Below, in pieces: positions 10,310-17,754 of a stretch of 64,000 nucleotides of DNA; within the stretch, counting starts at the first letter, position 1, and every line of letters starts with the position of its first letter. The stretch spans positions 10,705 to 74,704 of the forward strand of contig JBAYMR010000006.1 in the NCBI GenBank assembly GCA_041663445.1. Reading direction: 5' to 3'. This DNA comes from Candidatus Micrarchaeia archaeon (GTDB taxonomy: Archaea > Micrarchaeota > Micrarchaeia > Anstonellales > Anstonellaceae). The notes under the pieces are model-generated. The model worked only from the letters and a program-made list of their open reading frames with translations, did no database searches and had not been told where the DNA came from. The translations under genes were made by a program, and so were the position numbers.

Positions 10310-10534
10310 TTATTCAATCACAAGCCTGTAGTACTGCGAGCCGTCGAGCCGCGTTATCCCGACGATTTGGCCTGCCTTTGCGCCCTTCCCCGCCAGCGCG
10401 GCGTCCTTGGCGTGGATTTTCGGTATTTGGATGCGCGACACCCGGAAGTCCGCCAGCACCTTTTCAGCGTCGTCCTTTGACAGCACCCTGTGTTCGGGGA
10501 TTATCTCGTGTGATGGAGCGTCTTTATCAGCCAA
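10310..10534 (-). CDS. rpoH: DNA-directed RNA polymerase subunit H (Rpb5-like)
   Basis: 74 aa. HEIIPEHRVLSKDDAEKVL...IQIPKI...GQIVGITR pattern. First gene of the rpo block. Confidence 0.9.
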   Translation of the reverse strand: MADKDAPSHEIIPEHRVLSKDDAEKVLADFRVSRIQIPKIHAKDAALAGKGAKAGQIVGITRLDGSQYYRLVIE

Positions 10535-10629
10535 GGAAACACCTAACCAAGTCGTTGCTTACCGTAGCCTACAATTATGGGGGAAATGTTTATAAACTCT
10601 CGCGCGGGCGCTGCAAAATCCAGTTTCCC

Positions 10630-11010
10630 TCACTCCACTACCACGAACTCCGCCCTCTTCCCGTTGCCAAGGAAGGCCGCCATGTCCTTTTCGCGGAAAG
10701 GGCTTGCGGCGATGAAATGCACGCCGCCCTTCTGCGAGAAAAGCCAGCCATCCTGTTTCGACGGGCGCGCGATGCCGCCCGGGTGCGAATGAAATGTTCC
10801 CACCAGCCCCTCTATCCACGGGAGCATCCAGTCCGAAAACGATGTCATCGTCTCGCTCACCATGATGCCCGGCGGGATGAGCGTGTCCTCTATCACCAGG
10901 TCGCCCCCCTCGCGCTTCCCGCGCAGCAGGCATATGAACTCGTTCGGGGACGCCGCCTTTGCGCCTGCGAGCATGGAAAGGAATGCGTTTTTCCGTATCT
11001 TTATTGCCAT
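10630..11010 (-). CDS. JAB/MPN (JAMM) metalloprotease domain protein
   Basis: JAMM motif HSHPGGIARPSKQD (HxHx7Sx2D), with an upstream conserved E in ASPNEFICLL. Start taken at ATG 11010. Confidence 0.8.
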   Translation of the reverse strand: MAIKIRKNAFLSMLAGAKAASPNEFICLLRGKREGGDLVIEDTLIPPGIMVSETMTSFSDWMLPWIEGLVGTFHSHPGGIARPSKQDGWLFSQKGGVHFIAASPFREKDMAAFLGNGKRAEFVVVE

Positions 11011-11103
11011 GGAAACAACACTCCGCAAAGCGTTAAGAAGCCGTGCGATGGCACACTATGCATTTAAATATCTTATTTACCACAATAGGCTGAAAGTGGT
11101 TCC

Positions 11104-11874
11104 ATGCCCCCTCAGCAGCAAAACCTTCTGCTTCGCGTCGCCTGCCCCCGCGTGGACGGCTTTTCATTCTCCCATGCAAGGCACGTCATCCAAAAAACAG
11201 TGGAGAGCTGCAAGCGTGCAGCCGACAAAGAAGGGCTGGCCGTGCCTCTTGCCGTCGTGCTTCCCGAGCATGCCCACGATTTCACTTCAAAGCACGGGGA
11301 TGTGGCGCGCCATGCCGAAAAAATAATCCGCTTCCTGCCAAGCGACATATGGGTGGCGGTGCTTTTTGCCGCCATGGAAGTTGACAACAGCGTCGCCTCC
11401 AATATGGGTTATTTTGTCACGAAGAACGGGCATGATTTTTCGCCCAAGCGGGCGTACACTGAATATGACGAGGCAATCCTTGGCGGGCGCGTATTCGGCT
11501 CCAGGTATTACCAGGGCTGGGTTGAACGCGGCGAGTGGCTGCAGTCCGAGCAGGTGCCGTTCCCCTCGAAGGCAACGCCAACCGGCGTTCAGCTTGAGCA
11601 CCGCATCTGCATTGACGTGGTGGGCGAACCCGGGCAAAGCAACTGGAACACCGTGCTGCTGGTGTCCGCGCACAAGCTGTACACTCCGCACAGCCGGCTC
11701 GCCGGAAAGCAATGCGCCTCGATAGTGAATTATAACTGCCGCAACGAAGTGGCGCTCATGAATTCCGATGCAAACCCCTCGTGGTCCTGGGAGTTTGAAT
11801 GCAAATCAGAAAATGAAGCCTTCATTCTTCTTTCGAAAAAGCCATCGCTGAAAAATCCAGCCGCGCAAGCCTAG
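11104..11874 (+). CDS. Hypothetical protein, possibly a divergent carbon-nitrogen hydrolase fold
   Basis: 256 aa. AVVLPEHA (Glu motif), a mid-protein Lys region and LEHRICIDVV (Cys motif) loosely resemble the E-K-C triad spacing. This is a weak by-eye call. Confidence 0.4.
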   Translation: MPPQQQNLLLRVACPRVDGFSFSHARHVIQKTVESCKRAADKEGLAVPLAVVLPEHAHDFTSKHGDVARHAEKIIRFLPSDIWVAVLFAAMEVDNSVASNMGYFVTKNGHDFSPKRAYTEYDEAILGGRVFGSRYYQGWVERGEWLQSEQVPFPSKATPTGVQLEHRICIDVVGEPGQSNWNTVLLVSAHKLYTPHSRLAGKQCASIVNYNCRNEVALMNSDANPSWSWEFECKSENEAFILLSKKPSLKNPAAQA

Positions 11875-12389
11875 GCTGCGCCTGCCTGCGGCTTCAATGC
11901 AGCCCACTTCAGCGCCCGCATCCTTTTCACCACCGAGGGGAAAAGCAGCGGCGCAAGCACAAGCGAGACTGCGGCAATCCCGAGCAGGTGCTTCGCTGTG
12001 AACGGGATTTGCCCGACGAGCGCGTCGCCCCACGGCATTCCCCACACCAAAGACGAGAGGATGACGCCCGTGATGGCGTCGAATACGAGCGTGCCGCCGA
12101 TGCCGAGCTTTGCAAAGGTGAAAGGCGAGCCGTCGGGCTTTTGCCGCGCGAAAAGGACGGCGACAATTCCCCATGCAAGCGCGCCGGTGAGCGTCCACAG
12201 GCCTATTGACTGCGCGCCAAGCAGGATTGCCGGCAGGACATCCACAAGCGAGTAGCAGAGCGCGCCTGCGAAGAATGCGTACCTTCCCCTGAAGAACGGG
12301 AAAAGCAGCATGGAAAAGACCGCCAGCGCGCCAAACTGCCAGGAAATGCCAAGGGAAAAATCAAGTGCCATGCCCAAATTTTGCAGCAT
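11871..12389 (-). CDS. Polytopic membrane protein, unknown function
   Basis: 172 aa from ATG 12389, with 5-6 hydrophobic segments. The ORF extends to a GTG at 12428. Confidence 0.6.
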   Translation of the reverse strand: MLQNLGMALDFSLGISWQFGALAVFSMLLFPFFRGRYAFFAGALCYSLVDVLPAILLGAQSIGLWTLTGALAWGIVAVLFARQKPDGSPFTFAKLGIGGTLVFDAITGVILSSLVWGMPWGDALVGQIPFTAKHLLGIAAVSLVLAPLLFPSVVKRMRALKWAALKPQAGAA

Positions 12390-12443
12390 GGTATTAATAG
12401 CCTGCCCTTGTCCTGTGCGCGGCTGCACGCATGCGCCTGCAAA

Positions 12444-13610
12444 TCAGTTCGCGTCCGGCCTTTTCGGGAGCAGCCCGAGCCTGTCCACCGCCCACCATGA
12501 GAAGAACGTGGCTACTGCGGTGGAACCAACTATGAGCAGGAGATACCAGCCCTGGTCTTCGGGCCTGAACGAGAACATGGGGTTGCCCATCACGGTGGCA
12601 ATGGTGTTCGGCACCAGAAGCGCGGTGCCTATTATCGTAAGGTATGCAACCAGGAGCGCAAGGCGGTTGTTGAGGATTTGCAGCTGGTTGTTGTAGATTG
12701 ACTGCAGCACTTCAAGCCCCGATGCCAGCACGTCCGACAGGTGCTCTGCCAGCCCTATCTGCGCGTGCACCTCTCCCACCAGGCCGGATATCCTGTCCAC
12801 GATTTTCGGGTCGTCGGTGATAAGGTCGGCATCGCCGTAGCGCAGCGAGGAGAGCGCGTCCACCGTCGCCCACAGGCCGGAAAGATAGACAATGAGCGCG
12901 TGCTTCATGAGGTATATCTTGTTCCCAATCACTTCGCGCGAGGTGCTGGCGTCCGAAAGCTCCTTGGAGAGCTGGTCGCCATGCTCCTCTATAACCTGCA
13001 AATACTCGAAGTTCTTTGCATTGCTCTCGTCTATTATCCTGATGAGGAGAAGCGTCATCTTGTCGTTCTGCGGCATCTGCATGGGGAGCTTTTTCAGAAG
13101 CGTGGCGGCGTAGCGGCGCACGCGGAAAAAGCGGGTGGTCTCGCTCGTGTGGAGCGTGAGTATCATGTTCTTGCGCAGGAGGATGAGCATGGGGCGGAGC
13201 GCAACCTCGAACCCTTCGACGTGTATTGCCGGGAGGAAAAGCCCCATCTCGGTGTTGAAGTCCTCGTAGCCGCTCCTTGAGTTCTTCAGCAGGCTCTTCA
13301 CGAGCATCTCGGAGAATCCGAACTTCAGCGCGACCTGCAGCGATTCCTTCTCGAAATCGTCCACTATGAAGTCCACCCACGCCACGTTCGCCTTGTTCAC
13401 AAAGTGCCCGAGGTCCTCGACGTATTCCGAGCGCACGCACTGCGTGAGCTCCCCTGCAAGCGTTGCGCAGAACCCGCGCGCCTTGTACATCTCAGAATCA
13501 GAATCGGCAGAAATATTGCCGTTGTCGCCAGCCGTCTTCTTGATGGGGGATTTCTTTTTTGCCACGCCGCCTTTTCCCGCGCAGGCATTAAATACCTTTT
13601 GCCAGCCCAA
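12444..13610 (-). CDS. corA: CorA-family divalent cation transporter with a non-canonical pore motif
   Basis: 388 aa. Cytoplasmic domain plus two C-terminal TM helices in CorA topology (LTIIGTALLVPNTIATVMGNPMF...). The motif reads MGNPM where GMN is expected. Confidence 0.75.
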   Translation of the reverse strand: MGWQKVFNACAGKGGVAKKKSPIKKTAGDNGNISADSDSEMYKARGFCATLAGELTQCVRSEYVEDLGHFVNKANVAWVDFIVDDFEKESLQVALKFGFSEMLVKSLLKNSRSGYEDFNTEMGLFLPAIHVEGFEVALRPMLILLRKNMILTLHTSETTRFFRVRRYAATLLKKLPMQMPQNDKMTLLLIRIIDESNAKNFEYLQVIEEHGDQLSKELSDASTSREVIGNKIYLMKHALIVYLSGLWATVDALSSLRYGDADLITDDPKIVDRISGLVGEVHAQIGLAEHLSDVLASGLEVLQSIYNNQLQILNNRLALLVAYLTIIGTALLVPNTIATVMGNPMFSFRPEDQGWYLLLIVGSTAVATFFSWWAVDRLGLLPKRPDAN

Positions 13611-13618
13611 GGGTGGCT

Positions 13619-13743
13619 GCGTTGTCGTCGGCTCGCCGACGACTTCGCGTCAAAAACCTCGTGGTTTTTGCCGTCCTCCTTAGTCCGGCATGTGCGTTTT
13701 CGGCGCTCCGAAAACGCATAATCAAAGAGCTCCGCTCTTTGAT
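13619..13743. other. Array of four adjacent perfect stem-loops (hairpin array 1)
   Basis: Four hairpins with unrelated stems. 13619-13648: GCG-TT-GTCGTCGGC / GCCGACGAC-TT-CGC. 13651-13670: CAAAAACC tcgt GGTTTTTG. 13694-13717: GCGTTTTCGG cgct CCGAAAACGC. 13721-13743: ATCAAAGAGC tcc GCTCTTTGAT. Confidence 0.8.
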
Positions 13744-13888
13744 ACCGCCCAAACCCCCGTTTATCTTACGTCGTTGCGCGCAAGGATATTAATTGCTCGC
13801 GTTCAAATCCTGCCTGCAAATGATGACGAAGGTGATCTCTTACGCTTTTTTCCCGCGGAAACGCGCGAAACATGCGGGTGATGAGAGA

Positions 13889-13924
13889 CAGGCGGTCTGA
13901 TGCAAACAATGATTATTAGACCTG
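13889..13924. repeat. Short intergenic repeat R-b, copy 1
   Basis: CAGGCGGTCTGATGCAaacaatgattATTAGaCCTG matches CAGGCGGTCTGATGCAtattcATTAGCCTG at 16396-16425. Confidence 0.6.
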
Positions 13925-14010
13925 CGCCGCAGGCTTATCCATCATCGTTCGCTTCAGATGCCCACTCTGTTGTGAATTATTTTGACAGACCAACTTGTCC
14001 AATGGGGCAA

Positions 14011-14046
14011 GTGGTCCACTTGTCGGTGCGCCGACAAGTCGGGCCG
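14011..14046. repeat. Hairpin repeat, left copy (islet boundary)
   Basis: GTGGTCC-ACTTGTCGG-tgcg-CCGACAAGT-CGGGCCG. The reverse complement of 17443-17478 reads ATTGACC-ACTTGTCTC-cgcg-GAGACAAGT-CGGTCCG, and its inner stem changes keep the pairing. Confidence 0.6.
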
Positions 14047-14124
14047 ACATAGCCAAAACCGGTCTGGGCATGGCAAGATTGTGCCATATGAAAATGAAGG
14101 GAAGAAGAACAAACTCAAACAGAA

Positions 14125-14886
14125 CTATGGTTTCTTATGCGCATGCGCAACAGTTTTCTGAGGAGATTTTCCGGCAGCCTCGAAAGAGGCCTCGAAATTC
14201 TTGCGGAAAGCCCTCGCAAGCTCTGCGTTTTTGACAAAAATGGTGGTTATCTCTTTCTGTATGATAAATAGCACCACCCGGTCTGCATAAGTCCACCAGA
14301 CTCCTCCTGACGGAGAGGTCGGGTCGATATATTTGAATTCAGCAAGCATTACCTTTTTTGCCCTTTCATGGACCTCTGGCAGGTCAAGCACCATGAACCT
14401 GCCCCGTATCCCAAGCCTCTTCCTTTTTTCGTTGAATATCGTATAGAACTTGGGTATTATATCCACAAATTGAAGCTGCCCATGGTAAACGCAAAAATCG
14501 GCGCGGAGCGAAATTACGTCCTCAAACATCATCTTTATGCCGTTGACTCCGTAAATCACAGATGTGCCGACCCGTTCGTCCCCTTCAAACGAGCGCGCGA
14601 GGCGCGGAAGGAGGCGCTCCACCGCGTTCCTCTTTTCATCCACAAACGTGAGCAGTGCAGCGGGGGGCGATGTCTCAAAACTAAGCACCCCTTTCACTTC
14701 TGCCTTGCCAGCCAGCCCTTTTCTCTCAAGCTGTTCCAGCGTGTCATAGACGGTTACCCTATGCAGCCCGGATCTCTTGGCAAGCTCGGTTGCCTTCATC
14801 CTGCCGTGTTGCACAAGAAGCATGTATAGTTTTGCTTCGTTGGGCGTCAGCCCAGCCTCCTGTAGCGTTTCCAGGTCGTCAGCCAT
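14125..14886 (-). CDS. TrmB-family winged-helix transcriptional regulator
   Basis: 253 aa. N-terminal LTPNEAKLYMLLVQHGRMKATELAKRSGLHRVTVYDTLEQLERKGL is the typical TrmB wHTH. Confidence 0.8.
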   Translation of the reverse strand: MADDLETLQEAGLTPNEAKLYMLLVQHGRMKATELAKRSGLHRVTVYDTLEQLERKGLAGKAEVKGVLSFETSPPAALLTFVDEKRNAVERLLPRLARSFEGDERVGTSVIYGVNGIKMMFEDVISLRADFCVYHGQLQFVDIIPKFYTIFNEKRKRLGIRGRFMVLDLPEVHERAKKVMLAEFKYIDPTSPSGGVWWTYADRVVLFIIQKEITTIFVKNAELARAFRKNFEASFEAAGKSPQKTVAHAHKKP

Positions 14887-14966
14887 ATTCTTATTTTTGT
14901 AGTAATATTTATAACAACATATCTATATATAGTTTGAATGTGGCAAAGAAGAAAGAGGCATGTAAA

Positions 14967-15488
14967 ATGAAAATGAAACCTGTTGTAATAACACAGAAGC
15001 ATTCCGAACAATACAAAAAAACCCTTTATAGAGCGGTATATAACTCGGTTTTTTACGAAAAAGGCACGGGTAGGGAAGAAGAATTTGGGCGCAATTGGAA
15101 ATTTTGCCTAGAAGGCAAATCTTCCCCTCCAATCTTATTCCAATCTGAATTGGCTTATGACGAAAAATTTCTGGCATTAGTCAAATTCGTTAATGCGGCG
15201 CATCAAATAATACCTGAAAGCTACGTGGATGGCTTTCAAATCGACTGCCACACCAGCTCAAAAAGAGGCAGCATCTTGGAAATCGGCAGGGTTGCAATGA
15301 AACACGTGAAATCCACTCATTTGATGGATTGGAAAACTCCTGTAAAACTATGGCGCGCGTGGAAGGATGAGAAAGAACGGTTTGCTCCTGCTGCGGTTGA
15401 AAAACAGATTTTGGATATGCTGAGTGAGATAGCCGACAGAGTGGGTTTGAGTGAATTCCATTTGCTTCCTCGTTCCGAACAAACATAG
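14967..15488 (+). CDS. Hypothetical protein (AT-rich islet)
   Basis: 173 aa from ATG 14967, in roughly 35-40% GC DNA. Followed by a 10-bp-stem hairpin. No motif recognised. Confidence 0.5.
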   Translation: MKMKPVVITQKHSEQYKKTLYRAVYNSVFYEKGTGREEEFGRNWKFCLEGKSSPPILFQSELAYDEKFLALVKFVNAAHQIIPESYVDGFQIDCHTSSKRGSILEIGRVAMKHVKSTHLMDWKTPVKLWRAWKDEKERFAPAAVEKQILDMLSEIADRVGLSEFHLLPRSEQT

Positions 15489-15516
15489 CCTGATGGAATC
15501 GGGAAGATGTAATATT

Positions 15517-15545
15517 GAGAAATGAGCAAACCGCCCTCATTTCTC
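15517..15545 (+). terminator. Stem-loop after the orphan gene
   Basis: GAGAAATGAG caaaccgcc CTCATTTCTC, a perfect 10-bp stem 29 nt after the stop. Confidence 0.45.
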
Positions 15546-15691
15546 AGGAAACTCGTGTCACTCATGCAGACGTGCACGAGCCTGCCGGGCGGTCTGGCGC
15601 GCACTTGATATAAGCCGGATTCAGCGCGGCGGTTCTGGCGAAAAGGCGATGCAAGCATCACCTTTATTTAATTTCGGGCTTACGGTTTTTC

Positions 15692-16324
15692 ATGGGGTAT
15701 ATTGAAAGTATTCTTCTTGGATTTTCTCTTGCCGCACTTCCTGGCCCAATTTTCGTTGAATTGGTAAGAAGAACCCTAACCAAAGGATTCTGGTCCGGCG
15801 CACTCGTATCTGTCGGGGAATTCCTTGCAAATCTCTCAATTCTTTTGCTGACTTTTTTTGGTTTAAGTGCCTTTTTGTCTTTGCCATCAGTAAAAATGCT
15901 GCTTTTTCTCTTGGGGGGCGCGGTCTTAATTTTGGTCGGATATAATGCCTTCAGGATAAAAAAGGAAGAATTGGCTTCCGATTCCAAGAAAGACGTCCCA
16001 AAAAGCAATTCTTTATTCGTTGGTTTTATATTGGGGATATCAAGCCCGTTGGCAATCGCCGTATGGATTACAATTGGTGGCGCGTATATCGCGCAATTTA
16101 GCTCTCAGTCAGTTGCGCTCATAAACATATTTCTTTGCGCTTTGGGTGTCATGCTGTTTTTCTTTATCCTGACTTCAATAATTCATTTCTCTAAACACAA
16201 GATTTCTGAAAAATATGCGATTCTTTCTTCAAAAGTATTTGGCACGGTTCTGATTTTATACGGGCTCTATTTCTGGTACTTGCTATCGATTCTTCTTATG
16301 GGGTGGCCGCTTCTGGCGGCTTGA
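15692..16324 (+). CDS. LysE/RhtB-family amino-acid exporter
   Basis: 210 aa with six hydrophobic segments. The N-terminal LGFSLAALPGPIFVELVRRT motif (PGP) is typical of LysE translocators. Confidence 0.8.
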   Translation: MGYIESILLGFSLAALPGPIFVELVRRTLTKGFWSGALVSVGEFLANLSILLLTFFGLSAFLSLPSVKMLLFLLGGAVLILVGYNAFRIKKEELASDSKKDVPKSNSLFVGFILGISSPLAIAVWITIGGAYIAQFSSQSVALINIFLCALGVMLFFFILTSIIHFSKHKISEKYAILSSKVFGTVLILYGLYFWYLLSILLMGWPLLAA

Positions 16325-16330
16325 AAGTTT

Positions 16331-16392
16331 AAAAAAATTGGAAATGCCCTGTGTGTCCAAAAAGCCGTCACTCTGGCTGACGAGTTCCGCCC
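16331..16392. repeat. Direct repeat R-a, copy 1 (flanks Fic)
   Basis: AAAAAAATTGGAAATGCCCTGTGTGTCCAAAAAGCCGTCACTCTGGCTGACGAGTTCCGCCC. About 92% identical to 17492-17552. Confidence 0.85.
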
Positions 16393-16395
16393 TGG

Positions 16396-16425
16396 CAGGC
16401 GGTCTGATGCATATTCATTAGCCTG
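16396..16425. repeat. Short intergenic repeat R-b, copy 2
   Basis: See 13889-13924. Lies between R-a copy 1 and the Fic stop codon. Confidence 0.6.
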
Positions 16426-16439
16426 ACCTACATAGTATG

Positions 16440-17357
16440 TTAGTCTACCGCATCCAAATAAAGGTCCAGTGCCTGCCCGACATCTTTTGCAACCAGCATG
16501 GAAAATGCCCTGAAGTCGCCTTTGTCAGCCTTTTCAAGCGCGGAGTAGTATGCGCGCCTCTCCTCTCGTTTCAATATAGTTGGGGGAAAACCTGCCTTCA
16601 TGAGGCGCAGGTTCATCAGCAGACGCGACAGCCTGCCATTCCCGTCAACAAACGGATGGATTCTTACTGTGCCGTGATGTATCTTTACTGCAGATTGGAT
16701 TGCAGCAATGCCTTTGCTTTTTTCGTTCAACTCAGTATAGACGACTTTCATAAGCTTCGGCACTTCCTTCCATTTTGGGAGCCTGATTTGCGAGCCTTCT
16801 ATAAACACCTGTTCGTGTCGGTAAAACCCGGCATCCGGCGGGCTGATTTTGTCAAGAATGACTGCATGAAGGTTAAGCACGTCCCTCTCGGTTATTTTCT
16901 TTTTCCCATCTGCCATTTTCTCAAGCAGACCTATTGCCTCCGCATGATTGGTCGCTTCAAGATGCTCGTTCATGGACTTGCCGCGTATTGTCATGCCTTT
17001 GCGCAGCACCATCCAGGTTTCGCGAAGGGTGAGCCGGTTCCCCTCTATCGCGTTGGAGTGGTATGTCATGTCCACCTCAAATTTCTCGCGGAGACGTTTT
17101 ACTGCCTCTGGTGGAAGCGGGCGCAGCTTGTTTAGCCGCTCCAGCTTGCCTTCGAGTACTTTTGCCAGGCTTTGGTCAATCCACGCGCCATTGCTTGTGC
17201 CGAATGCAATTCCTGCTTTTTTTGCGTATTCTTCGGCTTCGGCAGAGCTTGGGAAATATTGAAGGACGGACTGTTTTACCTTGTTCCCTTCCCGCACGCT
17301 TTCAACTAACTCGTAGTAGTAGGTGTTGCCTCTTGTCCTTCGCCTTATAAATGCCAT
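16440..17357 (-). CDS. Fic/DOC-family protein (AMPylase-type)
   Basis: 305 aa with the canonical Fic motif HPFVDGNGRLSRLLMN (HxFx[D/E]GNGRxxR). Confidence 0.9.
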   Translation of the reverse strand: MAFIRRRTRGNTYYYELVESVREGNKVKQSVLQYFPSSAEAEEYAKKAGIAFGTSNGAWIDQSLAKVLEGKLERLNKLRPLPPEAVKRLREKFEVDMTYHSNAIEGNRLTLRETWMVLRKGMTIRGKSMNEHLEATNHAEAIGLLEKMADGKKKITERDVLNLHAVILDKISPPDAGFYRHEQVFIEGSQIRLPKWKEVPKLMKVVYTELNEKSKGIAAIQSAVKIHHGTVRIHPFVDGNGRLSRLLMNLRLMKAGFPPTILKREERRAYYSALEKADKGDFRAFSMLVAKDVGQALDLYLDAVD

Positions 17358-17366
17358 GGTTATTTG

Positions 17367-17412
17367 TAGTGGCGAAGATTATTTAAGTATAGTGGTTAGA
17401 GTTCGCCACTAC
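17367..17412. promoter_or_regulatory. 11-bp inverted repeat bracketing the Fic TATA region (candidate operator)
   Basis: GTAGTGGCGAA (17367-17377) and TTCGCCACTAC (17402-17412), with ATTATTTAAGTATAGTGG between them, 10-55 nt upstream of the Fic ATG (17357). Confidence 0.5.
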
Positions 17413-17442
17413 ATGAATTGACTATGGCGTGAACGTGCCGCG

Positions 17443-17478
17443 CGGACCGACTTGTCTCCGCGGAGACAAGTGGTCAAT
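17443..17478. repeat. Hairpin repeat, right copy (islet boundary)
   Basis: CGGACCG-ACTTGTCTC-cgcg-GAGACAAGT-GGTCAAT. Inverted relative to 14011-14046. Confidence 0.6.
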
Positions 17479-17499
17479 TTTTTCCAGCTGGAAAAAATT
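17476..17499. other. 24-bp perfect palindrome
   Basis: AATTTTTTCCAG|CTGGAAAAAATT, lying between the hairpin repeat and R-a copy 2. Confidence 0.8.
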
Positions 17500-17552
17500 G
17501 GAAATGCCCTGCGTGTCCAAAAAGCTGTCACTCCGGCTGACGAATTCAGCCC
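17492..17552. repeat. Direct repeat R-a, copy 2
   Basis: AAAAAATTGGAAATGCCCTGCGTGTCCAAAAAGCTGTCACTCCGGCTGACGAATTCAGCCC. Five mismatches versus copy 1. On the minus strand it carries two T-runs. Confidence 0.85.
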
Positions 17553-17563
17553 AGCCGCCCTCG

Positions 17564-17743
17564 TTATTTCCTGTTTGCCAGCACAAAATACGCGCCGGCA
17601 AGCGCGAGAGCGATGCCGGCTGCCGCGGTTTCGTCCGCAACGGCGTTCCAGCCCGCAAGGTAATCCAGCAGGTTCAGCGCGAGCACAAGCAACCCAACCG
17701 CGCCGAGCATTGCGCCGAGTTGCGCCTGTTTTTCCTTGTCCAT
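17564..17743 (-). CDS. Small two-TM membrane protein downstream of the P-type ATPase
   Basis: 59 aa (MDKEKQAQLGAMLGAVGLLVLALNLLDYLAGWNAVADETAAAGIALALAGAYFVLANRK). The ATG lies 11 nt after the ATPase stop. Confidence 0.4.
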   Translation of the reverse strand: MDKEKQAQLGAMLGAVGLLVLALNLLDYLAGWNAVADETAAAGIALALAGAYFVLANRK

Positions 17744-17754
17744 GGCATCATCCC

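Noticed and set aside
13820-13931. C/D-box sRNA-like pattern: AUGAUGA at 13820, then GUGAUGA at 13878 followed by a 12-nt spacer and CUGA at 13897, then AUGAUUA at 13909.
   Set aside because: The C-box-to-D-box spacing of 12 nt is canonical. However, no second CUGA follows the AUGAUUA at the right distance (the sequence reads CGCA), there is no terminal stem, and the paralogous R-b copy at 16396 lacks the box. It is worth a snoscan-type check but is not callable by eye.
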